Shown: positions 1 to 8,989 of the stretch, piece after piece
Numbering within the stretch: position 1 is the stretch's first letter
Layout: each line of letters starts with the position of its first letter
DNA from: Vulcanimicrobiaceae bacterium
GTDB lineage: Bacteria; Vulcanimicrobiota; Vulcanimicrobiia; Vulcanimicrobiales; Vulcanimicrobiaceae
Assembly: GCA_046262595.1 (NCBI GenBank)
Contig: JBHEMM010000018.1
Coordinates: 11,316-45,710, forward strand
DNA length: 34,395 nt
Direction of reading: 5' to 3'
Translations under genes and position numbers: made by a program
The notes under the pieces: model-generated
Seen by the model: the letters and a program-made list of their open reading frames with translations, nothing else
The model's database searches: none
What the model was told of the DNA's origin: nothing

Positions 1-1
1 C

Positions 2-241
2 AGCGCGACCTCCCATTTTGCGATCTTTCTCACCTCACCGGTCGGCCTCGCCTCGCATTGGTGGGAAAATGACATCCGCTGGACCTACGTGCTTCCGCTG
101 GCGCTCGGAGGTTTGATCGGCGGACCCATCGGAGCGCGTCTCTCGCTGCGGCTGGCCCAAACCCGCCTCATGCTCTTTGTCGCGGCCGCTTTAACCCTGG
201 CCGCGCTCGCGTTGGTGCTGCGTCACTTCACACGCGCTTGA
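2..241 (+). CDS. Sulfite exporter TauE/SafE-family membrane protein, 3' end (5'-truncated by window)
   Basis: Manual translation of frame 2: SATSHFAIFLTSPVGLASHWW...LPLALGGLIGGPIGARLSLRL...LMLFVAAALTLAALALVLRHFTRA*. The hydrophobic 'ATS...GA.LS.RL' pattern is typical of the TauE C-terminal repeat. Confidence 0.7.
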   Translation, partial: SATSHFAIFLTSPVGLASHWWENDIRWTYVLPLALGGLIGGPIGARLSLRLAQTRLMLFVAAALTLAALALVLRHFTRA

Positions 242-242
242 C

Positions 243-2183
243 ATGCACCGCAAGGAATGCGCGCGTCTTGACCTTCAACTAAAGAACCTGATGTACTCCG
301 TCGGCGGTTTTCAGCGTGCAGCCGGGCCGGTGAGCGAACTCGAACGGCTTTTCGAGATCACGCGGGATGTGCTTGGCGCGCCATCGTTGGACGCTGCGCT
401 GATGTCGCTCGCGCACGGCGTACAAGACCTTTTCGGCTGGCGCTATGTCACGATGGTCGCAGCGGAGGAGCCCAACGGCGAGCTCCGGCGGCGCGTCATG
501 CTGGGCTACCCCGACTCGGTTGTGGAGCAGCGCCTGTACGAGGCGATCGATCGCGAGGCGTTCGATCGCATGCTTCAGCAGGCGGTCCGCTTTTTCGAAG
601 ACTGCTACTTCTTCCCCGCCGAAAAAGAAGCGCACTGGGAGCGATCGATCTACATCGGCGAATTACCCAGCGCGCCGACGCGAAAATACCCGAGCCATTG
701 GCACGAACGCGACGCGCTCGTGCTCACGTTGCACGACCGCGAGGGCGTGATGATCGGATACATGTCGCCGGACGCGCCGCTGAGCGGTGAAATACCGAGC
801 GCGCAGTCGCTGCGCGCCATGCAGGTCTTCGTTAATCTGATGGGCATGGCGCTCGCGAACGCGCGCTCGCAAAGCCGGCTGCAATACGAGGCCACCCACG
901 ACTCGCTCACCGGCTTACCCAACCGCACGGTGTTTTCGCTCGAGCTGGCGCGCGGTCTCGAAGCGGTGCAGCGCGGCGATGCAATTCCGCGCACCGTGCT
1001 TTACTTGGATCTGGACGAGTTCAAGTCGATCAACGACACGATGGGCCATCTTGCCGGAGACGACATCCTCAAAGAGGCGGCGGCGCGGCTGCGCGCCATC
1101 GTCGATGAGCGCTTCATCGTCGCACGCATGGCGGGCGATGAGTTCGCGGTGCTGCTCACCGACGCCGTTCCCGAGTCGGTTGCGGCGATGCTCGAGCTGC
1201 TGCACGGCGCCCTGCATAAGCCGTACGAGATTTCGGGCCGCGAGATCGTGATGACCGCAAGCATCGGCGTCGCGCCGATCGACAGCACCTACACCTCCAT
1301 TGCCGAAGTGCTGCGCGATGCCGACACGGCGATGTATCACGCCAAACGCGAAGGCCGCAACGCCACCGCGTTTTTCGCCGCAAGCATGCATGAAGAAGCG
1401 CTGCGCCGTCTCTCATTGCGCATGGATCTGCGCTCGGCGATCGAGCAGCACCAGTTTGTCGTGCATTATCAGCCTATCGTCACGCTAGCCGAAGGACACA
1501 TCTGCGGCGTCGAGGCGCTGCTGCGCTGGAACCATCCGGAACAAGGCTACCTCTCGCCCGCGTCGTTTTTACCGTTAGCCGAAGAGATGGGCCTGATGAT
1601 TCCCGTCGGACGCTTCGTCCTTGAGACCGCGTGCAAGCAGTTGCAGCAGTGGCAAAGATTTTTTCAGGGCCGCGAGTTTCAGATGAATGTGAATCTCGCG
1701 GTGCAGGAAGTGCTGCAGCCCGACTTGGCGGAGTTCTTGGTGTCGCTCGTCGATGAATACGGCATCGCGCCCGGCCAACTGACCCTCGAGATCACCGAAA
1801 CCTCGATCTTGCAGAATGAAACGCGTGCCGCGATCGTCCTCTCGGAGCTTCGCGGCGCCGGCGTCGAGCTGTGCATCGACGACTTCGGCATGGGCTATTC
1901 TTCGCTGCGGTACATCCGCTCGCTGCCGATCGACGCCTTTAAGATCGATCAAACGTTTATCGCCGATCTCGCCGACGGCAAAAGCGGCCAAATCGTCGAG
2001 ATGCTCGTTCGTTTGGGCGAGCTGTGTGCTCTGCGCGTTACCGCCGAAGGTATCGAGACGCCGCTGCAGGCCGAGCGCTTGCTTGCGCTTGGCTGCACAT
2101 ACGGCCAGGGACGGTACTACCATGCCGCGATGGCGGCCGACGGGCTCACTGCGCTGCTGGAGAATGCCGCCGTTACGACGTAG
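243..2183 (+). CDS. GAF-like + GGDEF + EAL c-di-GMP signalling protein
   Basis: HDSLTGLPNR, LDLDEFKSINDTMGHLAGD, RMAGDEF, ADTAMYHAK (GGDEF domain); YQPIV, VEALLRW, LEITE, IDDFGMGYSSL, KIDQTF, AEGIE, GQG (EAL domain). True start may be ATG 291 or GTG 330. Confidence 0.92.
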   Translation: MHRKECARLDLQLKNLMYSVGGFQRAAGPVSELERLFEITRDVLGAPSLDAALMSLAHGVQDLFGWRYVTMVAAEEPNGELRRRVMLGYPDSVVEQRLYEAIDREAFDRMLQQAVRFFEDCYFFPAEKEAHWERSIYIGELPSAPTRKYPSHWHERDALVLTLHDREGVMIGYMSPDAPLSGEIPSAQSLRAMQVFVNLMGMALANARSQSRLQYEATHDSLTGLPNRTVFSLELARGLEAVQRGDAIPRTVLYLDLDEFKSINDTMGHLAGDDILKEAAARLRAIVDERFIVARMAGDEFAVLLTDAVPESVAAMLELLHGALHKPYEISGREIVMTASIGVAPIDSTYTSIAEVLRDADTAMYHAKREGRNATAFFAASMHEEALRRLSLRMDLRSAIEQHQFVVHYQPIVTLAEGHICGVEALLRWNHPEQGYLSPASFLPLAEEMGLMIPVGRFVLETACKQLQQWQRFFQGREFQMNVNLAVQEVLQPDLAEFLVSLVDEYGIAPGQLTLEITETSILQNETRAAIVLSELRGAGVELCIDDFGMGYSSLRYIRSLPIDAFKIDQTFIADLADGKSGQIVEMLVRLGELCALRVTAEGIETPLQAERLLALGCTYGQGRYYHAAMAADGLTALLENAAVTT

Positions 2184-2197
2184 GGCTCGGCGGGTAA
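2171..2197 (+). promoter_or_regulatory. Putative SigB/SigF-type promoter (CGTTA-N16-GGGTAA), probably giving a leaderless or near-leaderless mRNA
   Basis: GGGTAA at 2192-2197 lies 9 nt before ATG 2207, with no SD; GTTA at 2172-2175. The same spacing recurs at 29740-29766. Confidence 0.35.
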
Positions 2198-2206
2198 GAC
2201 GCCTGC

Positions 2207-2404
2207 ATGCTCCTGCTAAACACCGGCGAAGCCGCTTCGCGTTTCGGCGAGCCGGTCCATCGTCTGGAACGCGGCACGATCGGCGAACGCGGCGAATTGG
2301 CCTATCTGAGCGCGTGGAATTGGCGTTGCGGCTGCCGCGGCGAGCTCATCGGCGAAGCGCTCATGCAGTTGGATTGCTGCGAACGCCACCGGACCGCCGC
2401 GTAA
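2207..2404 (+). CDS. Small hypothetical protein (65 aa) with WxWxCGC...CCxxH motif
   Basis: ORF fills the gap between the EAL gene and convergent hpnG. Clustered Cys/His residues suggest metal binding. Confidence 0.55.
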   Translation: MLLLNTGEAASRFGEPVHRLERGTIGERGELAYLSAWNWRCGCRGELIGEALMQLDCCERHRTAA

Positions 2405-2417
2405 ACCGCAAAGCCGC

Positions 2418-3017
2418 TTAAACAGCCCGCGCGACAATCAACGCAGCGCTGCGCGCGCACGCCGGGCCGTTTCGCGCGAGAAACGGCAGATCGATCCATG
2501 CGCGCGGATCGAAAGCGGCCCGCACGCCGCTCAGCCATGCCGGCGAGATCTCGCGGCCAGGCGTGTCGAGCACGATGCGCACGCAGGCCAGACGCTCGGC
2601 ATGGATAAGGCCGCTCTCCATGTCGGCGCCCGCAAAGCCGTGCGCCGCCCACGCCGTGCGCGCCGCACCGCAGATGAACTGCGTGCTGGTAAGCAGCGGG
2701 TCGTTGCAAACCAAAACGCCCAGATCTCGCGCCGCCGCACTCAAAATGCTCACGTATTCCGGATCGCACGCAACGGACGTCCCGTCCGGGCGACGCACGT
2801 GGTGCGGAATAAGCGCGCTGCCCGTCGGCAGATCATTACGCAGGCCGCCGGCCAACCCGCAGCTGATTGCCAAACCGCCGATCGTTCCCGCGCCGGCACG
2901 AAGCGAGATGCCGGCGCGAATCACGCGCACGCGAGCGGGCAGCAGTTTGCGCGCTTGCCGATATTCCAGCGCCGTCGCCGTAACGACCGTTACAGGTAGC
3001 GGTGCGCGCGAAACCAT
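2418..3017 (-). CDS. hpnG: Hopanoid-associated nucleoside phosphorylase (PNP/UDP family)
   Basis: ATG at 3017. VVTATALEY, ISCGLAGGL, ADMESG and VRIVLD motifs; last gene of the shc/hpnH operon. Confidence 0.8.
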   Translation of the reverse strand: MVSRAPLPVTVVTATALEYRQARKLLPARVRVIRAGISLRAGAGTIGGLAISCGLAGGLRNDLPTGSALIPHHVRRPDGTSVACDPEYVSILSAAARDLGVLVCNDPLLTSTQFICGAARTAWAAHGFAGADMESGLIHAERLACVRIVLDTPGREISPAWLSGVRAAFDPRAWIDLPFLARNGPACARSAALIVARAV

Positions 3018-4003
3018 TCGACCGACCGCTCGAGCGCGGCGCGCACCGGCCCGGCACGAAAGCCGAGTTCGCGCTGCGCCTTCGAGGAATCCGCGAACAT
3101 GCGCTCGACCGACATGCGCACGCCTTCGAGCGGAATGTGCGGGACCGCATGCGGAACGAGCCGGCAGCGCGCCTCGTCGGCATAGGCCATCGCCATCGCC
3201 AAAGCGTGCGGCGCGCGGAATCGCGGAAGCGGCCGCTGCGTAACGCTCGCAAGCAATTCCCACACCTCGTCAAGCATGAGATTCTCGCCGCCTAAAATGT
3301 AGCGCCCGCCCGCCGATCCTTGCCTGAGCGCGCTCACGTGAGCCCGTGCGACATCCTCCACGGGCACCAGGTTCATCCCGCCGCACGGCGGCAGAGAAAA
3401 CATTTTCCCGCGCGCGAAGTCCAGAATCATTTTCCCGGTCGGCGTCGGTTTGGAGTCACCGGGACCGACGGGCGCGGTCGGCAGTAACGCCACGACGGGC
3501 AGTTGTGCGGCGAATGCGGCGCGCTCCTGATCGAGTTTCGAGTGATGGTAGTTTTCCGCTCCGCCGCCGTGCGCCCAATCATCTTCGGTGCGCGTTTCGC
3601 CGCGCCCGGATGCGCCCAGCGCCGCGGAACTGGACGTAAGCACGAAGCGCTCAACGCGTGCGACGCGCGCCGCTTCGGCAAGCGAAGCGGTGCCTTTTAC
3701 GTTGACGGCGTGCATGCGGGCGCGCTCGGCGGGTGCGAACGAGTAGAGCGCCGCGCAATGCACCACGTAACGGCATCCGTTCAGCGCGCGCGCAAAACCG
3801 CCGACGTTCTCCATCTCGCCCGGCACGAGCCGCAGCCGCCCGGGACCTGCGTCCTGCCGGGCGCGATCGAGCGCCGGCGAGCCGCGCGTGAGCGCGAGCA
3901 CCTCGTGCCCGGCCGCGAGCAATTCGCGCAGCACGTGGCTTCCGACGAAACCGCTCGCGCCGGTCAGGAAAACGCTCTGGGCGTCAGTGCGCCAGCGCTG
4001 CGC
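2990..4003 (-). CDS. hpnA: Hopanoid-associated NAD-dependent sugar epimerase/dehydratase (start codon non-canonical or uncertain)
   Basis: VFLTGASGFVGSHV Rossmann motif, HCAALY, TSS, YHHSK catalytic motif, GPGDSKPTPTG, VEDVARAH. Start placed at GCG 4003, 7 nt after AAGGAG; the only upstream in-frame ATG is 4162. Confidence 0.85.
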   Translation of the reverse strand, partial: AQRWRTDAQSVFLTGASGFVGSHVLRELLAAGHEVLALTRGSPALDRARQDAGPGRLRLVPGEMENVGGFARALNGCRYVVHCAALYSFAPAERARMHAVNVKGTASLAEAARVARVERFVLTSSSAALGASGRGETRTEDDWAHGGGAENYHHSKLDQERAAFAAQLPVVALLPTAPVGPGDSKPTPTGKMILDFARGKMFSLPPCGGMNLVPVEDVARAHVSALRQGSAGGRYILGGENLMLDEVWELLASVTQRPLPRFRAPHALAMAMAYADEARCRLVPHAVPHIPLEGVRMSVERMFADSSKAQRELGFRAGPVRAALERSVEWFRAHRYL

Positions 4004-4991
4004 GGATGCTCTCCTTGATCGAACCGGTGGTTTTCCTGACGGCCGTGGGTTCGTAGCCGCAATGCGCCATGCAGTTGCTGCACTTCTCGTGCTTGCCGCG
4101 CCCGTACTTGTCCCAATCCGTTTCTTCGATGAGTTCCTTGTACGTTTTTGCGTACGCCTCATCCGACATCAGGTAGCAGGGCCGCTGCCAGCCCAAAATC
4201 GAGTACGACGGAATGCCCCAAGGCGTGCACTCCATGTCGAGCTTGCCTTCCAAGAAATCCAAAAAGACCGGACTGTGATTCAGCCGCCAGCGTTTGCGGT
4301 TGCCGCCGGAAAACGCCTCGCGGAAAATTCCGCGCGTCTTTTCGACGCCCAAAAAATGCTCTTGGTCGGGCGCTTTTTCATACGCGTATCCTGGCGAGAT
4401 CTGCATTGAATCGACTTGCAGATCGTCATTGAGATAGTTCAGCACCTTCTTCACCGACGTCGCGTCGTCGGGATCGAAGAACGTGGTGTTCGTGGAGACG
4501 CGGAAGCCCTTCGCCTTTGCCACCTTGATGGCGGCAACGGCTTTCTCGAAGGTGCCATCGCGGCAGACGACCTGATCGTGGCGCTCTTTGAGGCCGTCCA
4601 AATGCACCATCCACGTGAACAGCGGATGCGGCTTAAAGCGGTCGATCTTCTTTTCCAACAGCACCGCGTTCGTGCAGATGATGACGACTTTCTTACGCGC
4701 GACCAGTTCGTCGACCAGACGCGGCAGGTCTTCGTACACGAGCGGTTCGCCGCCGGCGATCGAGATGACCGGCGCGCCGCACTCTTCCACGGCGGCGATG
4801 CATTCTTCAACCGAAAGACGCTTGCGCAGAACCTCGGCGGGATACTGAATCTTTCCGCATCCGGCGCAGGCAAGATTACACTGATAGAGCGGTTCGAGTT
4901 CCATCACGAGCGCATACTTCTTCTGCCCTCTCATCTTTTTTCCGAAGATGTATTTCGCAATCTCGACTTTTTGCGCCAACGGGGTGCTCAT
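3984..4991 (-). CDS. hpnH: Adenosyl-hopene transferase, radical SAM
   Basis: LELEP-like 'MELEPLYQCNLACAGCGKI' (CxxxCxxC), IAGGEPL, SPGYAYEKAPDQEHFL, CTPWG, CSNCMAHCGYEPTAV. ATGA overlap with the shc stop. Confidence 0.95.
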   Translation of the reverse strand: MSTPLAQKVEIAKYIFGKKMRGQKKYALVMELEPLYQCNLACAGCGKIQYPAEVLRKRLSVEECIAAVEECGAPVISIAGGEPLVYEDLPRLVDELVARKKVVIICTNAVLLEKKIDRFKPHPLFTWMVHLDGLKERHDQVVCRDGTFEKAVAAIKVAKAKGFRVSTNTTFFDPDDATSVKKVLNYLNDDLQVDSMQISPGYAYEKAPDQEHFLGVEKTRGIFREAFSGGNRKRWRLNHSPVFLDFLEGKLDMECTPWGIPSYSILGWQRPCYLMSDEAYAKTYKELIEETDWDKYGRGKHEKCSNCMAHCGYEPTAVRKTTGSIKESIRAALAH

Positions 4992-6886
4992 GAAATGGTA
5001 ACCTGCTCTCTGGAGAGGGAGATGGCCGCCGAAGGCGCGTGCTCGCGGTAGCGCGCGTCCATCGCCAATGCCATCGTCGGAAAAAGATGCCGGTACATAT
5101 GGTAGTTCAAATAGAAGTCGCCTGGGAACCCCGTTCCCGTGAAGTGCGGCTCGTCCCAGGTGCCGTTGCGCTGGCGCTCGCGTAGGAACGCCAAGCCGCG
5201 CTGCGCCGCAGGATGCCCGCCCATTCCCGCCCATTGCAAGGTCATCACGGCCCATGCGGTTTGCGAGGGCGTGCTGGGGCCGTTGCCGGCGAGCGACTCG
5301 TCATCGTACGAGGCGCAGCTCTCGCCCCAGCCGCCGTCTGTGTTCTGCACACCGATCGTCCATTCCACGGCGCGTGCAATGGCGTCGCTAGCGGTGCGCA
5401 GCTGTGCGAGCGCGCTGACCACGCACCACGTGCCGTAAAGATAATTGACGCCCCAGCGCCCGAACCAAGCGCCCGAGGGCTTCTGCGAAGCGCGCAAATA
5501 GGCAACGCCGCTTGCGACGTACGGATCGGACGCGTCCTTGCCGAGCATCGCAAGCATCTCCAGCACGTGCGCCGTGACGTCTTCGGTGGGCGGGTCGATC
5601 ATCGCGCCGAAATCGGAAAACGGCATGCGGTACAGTATCTCGCTCGTGTTATCGCGGTCGAACGCCGCCCATGCGCCGTTCGAAGAACGCATGGCGAGCG
5701 TCCACGTCACGGCGCGATCGATCGCGCCGCGCACCGCTTGGCGCTCGCCGCCTTCAAGCAGCGAACACACGATGACCGCCGTATCGTCGACGTCCGGATA
5801 GATGTCGTTGTCGAACTCGAACGACCACCCGCCGTTGGGAACATCTTTGCAGCGCACTTGCCAATCGCCCGGCTGATCCGCGGCGATCTGCTCGCGCAGC
5901 ATCCACGAAACCGCCTTCTGCATCACGGGGTGATCGCTGCGCAGCCCGGCCTGATACAGCGCGCGGATGGCCCATGCGGTGTCCCAGACCGGCGACATGC
6001 ACGCCTGAAAACGCCAGCCGCTCTCATCGCTCAATGCAAAGCGGTCCATCCCCGCAAGGCCTTTTTTCATGAGCGGATGATCGAGCGCATAACCTTCCAG
6101 ATGCAGCGCGATCAGCGAATACACCCACGGCGGTTGAATGCCGCCCCAACTGCCGTCGGCCTCTTGGCGCTGCACGACCCATTCGATCGTGGCGGCACAC
6201 GCGCGCTCGCGGCCCGGCTTGAACGGCAACCGTTCGTACAACTTGAGCAACTTGTCGGTCCACCAGAGCCAGCCGCTGCCCGGAACGGCATGCATCGCTT
6301 GCTCCGTGCCGGCGACGATCACTTCGCCGATCTCGACCCCGAGATCGCGCACCGGACGGCGCGCTATCACGACGCAGAGCGGAGCGACGGTGCCGCGCGC
6401 CCAACAGGAGAAATCGTAAAGATTGAACGGCACCCACGCCGGAAGATACACGATCTCCGGCGGCATGGTCGGAATGCCGTCCCACGGATACTTCCCGAAG
6501 AGCGCCATCCAAATTTTCGTAAAAACGCGCGCATCGGCCAAACCGCCGAGCGTCCGTATAACGGTGAGCGCGCGCTGCATCTGCGCGCACGCGGGATCGA
6601 CCCCCAGCACTTTGAGCGCGACGTAGGCTTCCAGGGTCGTGCTGAGATCGGCCGGTCCCTCGTAATAGAGGGCCCACGAACCGTCCGCGCGCTGATGATG
6701 CAGCAGATGACGAACGGCGCCCTCGCGGACCGGCTCGACGTCAACGGCCAAAAACCGCAGGAGCAGCACGTGCTCCGCAGTCATCGTTACGTTTGTTTCC
6801 AACTCGTCCGTCCACCAGCCGTCCGTATGCTGGCGCTCGAGCAGCCATTGGACCGCGCTCGTCAAAGCGGCTGAGTCAACGCGCAT
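4988..6886 (-). CDS. shc: Squalene-hopene cyclase
   Basis: YPDVDDTA (DxDDTA), repeated QxxDGxW motifs, GRWGVNYLYGT, TGTGFPGDFYLNYHMY. Confidence 0.97.
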   Translation of the reverse strand: MRVDSAALTSAVQWLLERQHTDGWWTDELETNVTMTAEHVLLLRFLAVDVEPVREGAVRHLLHHQRADGSWALYYEGPADLSTTLEAYVALKVLGVDPACAQMQRALTVIRTLGGLADARVFTKIWMALFGKYPWDGIPTMPPEIVYLPAWVPFNLYDFSCWARGTVAPLCVVIARRPVRDLGVEIGEVIVAGTEQAMHAVPGSGWLWWTDKLLKLYERLPFKPGRERACAATIEWVVQRQEADGSWGGIQPPWVYSLIALHLEGYALDHPLMKKGLAGMDRFALSDESGWRFQACMSPVWDTAWAIRALYQAGLRSDHPVMQKAVSWMLREQIAADQPGDWQVRCKDVPNGGWSFEFDNDIYPDVDDTAVIVCSLLEGGERQAVRGAIDRAVTWTLAMRSSNGAWAAFDRDNTSEILYRMPFSDFGAMIDPPTEDVTAHVLEMLAMLGKDASDPYVASGVAYLRASQKPSGAWFGRWGVNYLYGTWCVVSALAQLRTASDAIARAVEWTIGVQNTDGGWGESCASYDDESLAGNGPSTPSQTAWAVMTLQWAGMGGHPAAQRGLAFLRERQRNGTWDEPHFTGTGFPGDFYLNYHMYRHLFPTMALAMDARYREHAPSAAISLSREQVTIS

Positions 6887-8159
6887 CAGCAAGTGATTCT
6901 AGCAGAACGGCGGCCGCCGCTCTACCGCTTTGGACCGCGGATTCCATGGTATCCGGCCACCCCGTCGCCGTCCAAGCTCCGGCCAGCGTGAGATTCCGCA
7001 GCGCCGTACGGGGCCCGGGCCGCTGTGTGCCCGGCGGCGGCAGGTACGTTCCCGCGGGATTGCGCGTTGCCGCGCCGCGCAGCAGACGCGCGCCGCGCAG
7101 CGGCAACGCGGCGCACACCTGCGCCCACGCCAGCTCCGTCATCTCGGCGCCCGTCTTCTTCGCCAAATCGTTCGCCACGCTTATGCTGCAGCACAAATAT
7201 CCGCGTGCTTTTTGGAAAACCCACTGGACCGGCGAATCTAAAATCGCCGCGAAGTCCGCATCGAGCGCCGGGCCGTCGTACCACAGATGCACGTCCATGA
7301 TCGCAAACGGCTCGTATGCGTCCAAGGGCGGCAGGGCCTCAGCGAGTGCACGCGGCAGCAGACGCGCAAGCGATTCGGGGGAAACGGCCAGCACGGCCGC
7401 ATCGTAGTGCGATTCAGCACGTGCGGTTTTCACGGTAATCGCACCACCGGCGCAAACGATTTCATGCACCGCACTGGAACGGTGCACGCCGTCCAAACCG
7501 GCCGCGGCCGCCTCCATGATGCGCGCGAGCGGCACGGTGCTGTAGCCGAAACGCGCCGCGCCGCGATCGTGCAGAAAAGCGGTCGAAACGACGAACGCCG
7601 CTTCCGCGGCGTTCATGCGGTGGAGCGGCGCATTGAGCGCCGGGACCATGAACGGTTGCCAAAAAGCGCGAATCGTCTGGGCGCTCTGACCGTGATCGCG
7701 CAGCCACTGTGCAAAGCTGATCCCCTCGCTCGCGCTTTCGGGGCGGAACTTGAGCGAGGCCAGCGCGCGCGCGATCTGCAGCTTGCCCGCCACACTCAAA
7801 TACTTGTACGAAGCAAACGAAGCAAGCAGATGCAGCGGAGCGGGCAGATTTGCCGCGCGAAGACGGCTGCGTTTTCCGTTCTTGGAGTACACGGCGACGT
7901 CAAAGCGCTCTTGCAGATACAGGGCCGAGCCCATGCCGGCGCACTCGACGAAATGAACGAACGCCGCACAACACGCCAAATAGACGTGCTGCCCGTTATC
8001 CACGACGTGTCCGTCAATCTCAAACGACGTCGCGCGCCCGCCCAACAAACGGCTGCGCTCGAACAGATCGACTCGCGCGCCGGCGCGCTTGAGATCGGCC
8101 GCAGCGGAAAGCCCCGCCAGGCCGCCGCCCACGACGGCTACGCTTGCGGCCGAAGCCAC
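6876..8159 (-). CDS. hpnE: Hydroxysqualene dehydroxylase (FAD-dependent)
   Basis: GGGLAGLSAA, LGGRATSF, DNGQHVYL, AGAWTATGWPDTMESAVQSG; lies between hpnD and shc. Confidence 0.92.
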   Translation of the reverse strand: MASAASVAVVGGGLAGLSAAADLKRAGARVDLFERSRLLGGRATSFEIDGHVVDNGQHVYLACCAAFVHFVECAGMGSALYLQERFDVAVYSKNGKRSRLRAANLPAPLHLLASFASYKYLSVAGKLQIARALASLKFRPESASEGISFAQWLRDHGQSAQTIRAFWQPFMVPALNAPLHRMNAAEAAFVVSTAFLHDRGAARFGYSTVPLARIMEAAAAGLDGVHRSSAVHEIVCAGGAITVKTARAESHYDAAVLAVSPESLARLLPRALAEALPPLDAYEPFAIMDVHLWYDGPALDADFAAILDSPVQWVFQKARGYLCCSISVANDLAKKTGAEMTELAWAQVCAALPLRGARLLRGAATRNPAGTYLPPPGTQRPGPRTALRNLTLAGAWTATGWPDTMESAVQSGRAAAAVLLESLADAR

Positions 8160-8989
8160 GAGCCCACAACGACGCGCAGCTTTTCGCCGTTGCTCAGCGC
8201 CGCCCGGCCGTGGAACGGCAGCTGCGGATCGCGTTCGATCTTGCGCAAGATTCCCTCATAGATTCCGGCCATCGTCTGCACGCAAGCGCCGGGACGGCGC
8301 GGAATGTAGCGCAGCACTTCGTAACCGCCGGCAAAAAGGTCGTGCGCGCGCGCAGTTTGAAATGCGACGAAAGCATCCCAGCCCGGCCCCGGCATGCCGT
8401 CCGCGAGCCGGCTCTGGTCGATGCTGAACCGGCGCAACTCATCTTGGGGCAAGTAGACGCGGCCCATCTGCGCGTCTTCACGCACGTCGCGTAAAATGTT
8501 CGTCAGCTGCAGCGCAAGGCCGAGCTCGTCCGCGCGGTCCAATGCCGCCTCATCGGTGAAACCGAAGATCCGTACGCACATGCGGCCTACCGCGGATGCG
8601 ACCAGCCGGCAGTACGCGCGCAGATCCTCCCATGTTTCATAACGGTCGGCATTCAGATCGCATTCCACGCCGTCGATGAGCGCCAGCAATTCGTTCTGCG
8701 GAATGCCGTAGCGGGCGATGGCGCGCCCGAGCACGTGCATGATGTGATCGTCCGCTTCGAACGCGTTCAGAACGCGCGAGCGCTGGGCGGCTAGGCGTTC
8801 GGGAATGAGCGCCGGAGCGGGGGCCGCATCCACTTCGTCGTCCACCTGGCGCGCAAAGTCGTACAGCGCATAAATTGCCATCCGCTGCTCGTGCGGCAGC
8901 GAGATAAACCCCCAATAAAAATTCTTGGCTTCGCGCCGCGCCATTTCACGGCAGAACCGCTCGGCCTGAGAATCAACGGCTTGCAACAT
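8138..8989 (-). CDS. hpnD: Presqualene diphosphate synthase
   Basis: ATG 8989. AKNFYWGF, YDFARQVDDEVD, YCRLVASAVG, ALQLTNILRDVREDAQMGRVYLP. Confidence 0.92.
   Translation of the reverse strand: MLQAVDSQAERFCREMARREAKNFYWGFISLPHEQRMAIYALYDFARQVDDEVDAAPAPALIPERLAAQRSRVLNAFEADDHIMHVLGRAIARYGIPQNELLALIDGVECDLNADRYETWEDLRAYCRLVASAVGRMCVRIFGFTDEAALDRADELGLALQLTNILRDVREDAQMGRVYLPQDELRRFSIDQSRLADGMPGPGWDAFVAFQTARAHDLFAGGYEVLRYIPRRPGACVQTMAGIYEGILRKIERDPQLPFHGRAALSNGEKLRVVVGSWLRPQA

Noticed and set aside
3984..4016. prfB-like programmed +1 frameshift fusing HpnH to HpnA at CAC-UGA-C
   Set aside because: The SD is over 20 nt from the stop and CAC-to-ACU re-pairing is poor; the SD fits initiation at 4003 better.
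5213..6874. Long antisense ORFs (e.g. 5213-6874, 24833-26437, 27819-29141, 31443-32771)
   Set aside because: Shadow frames of well-supported high-GC genes, with no recognisable motifs.
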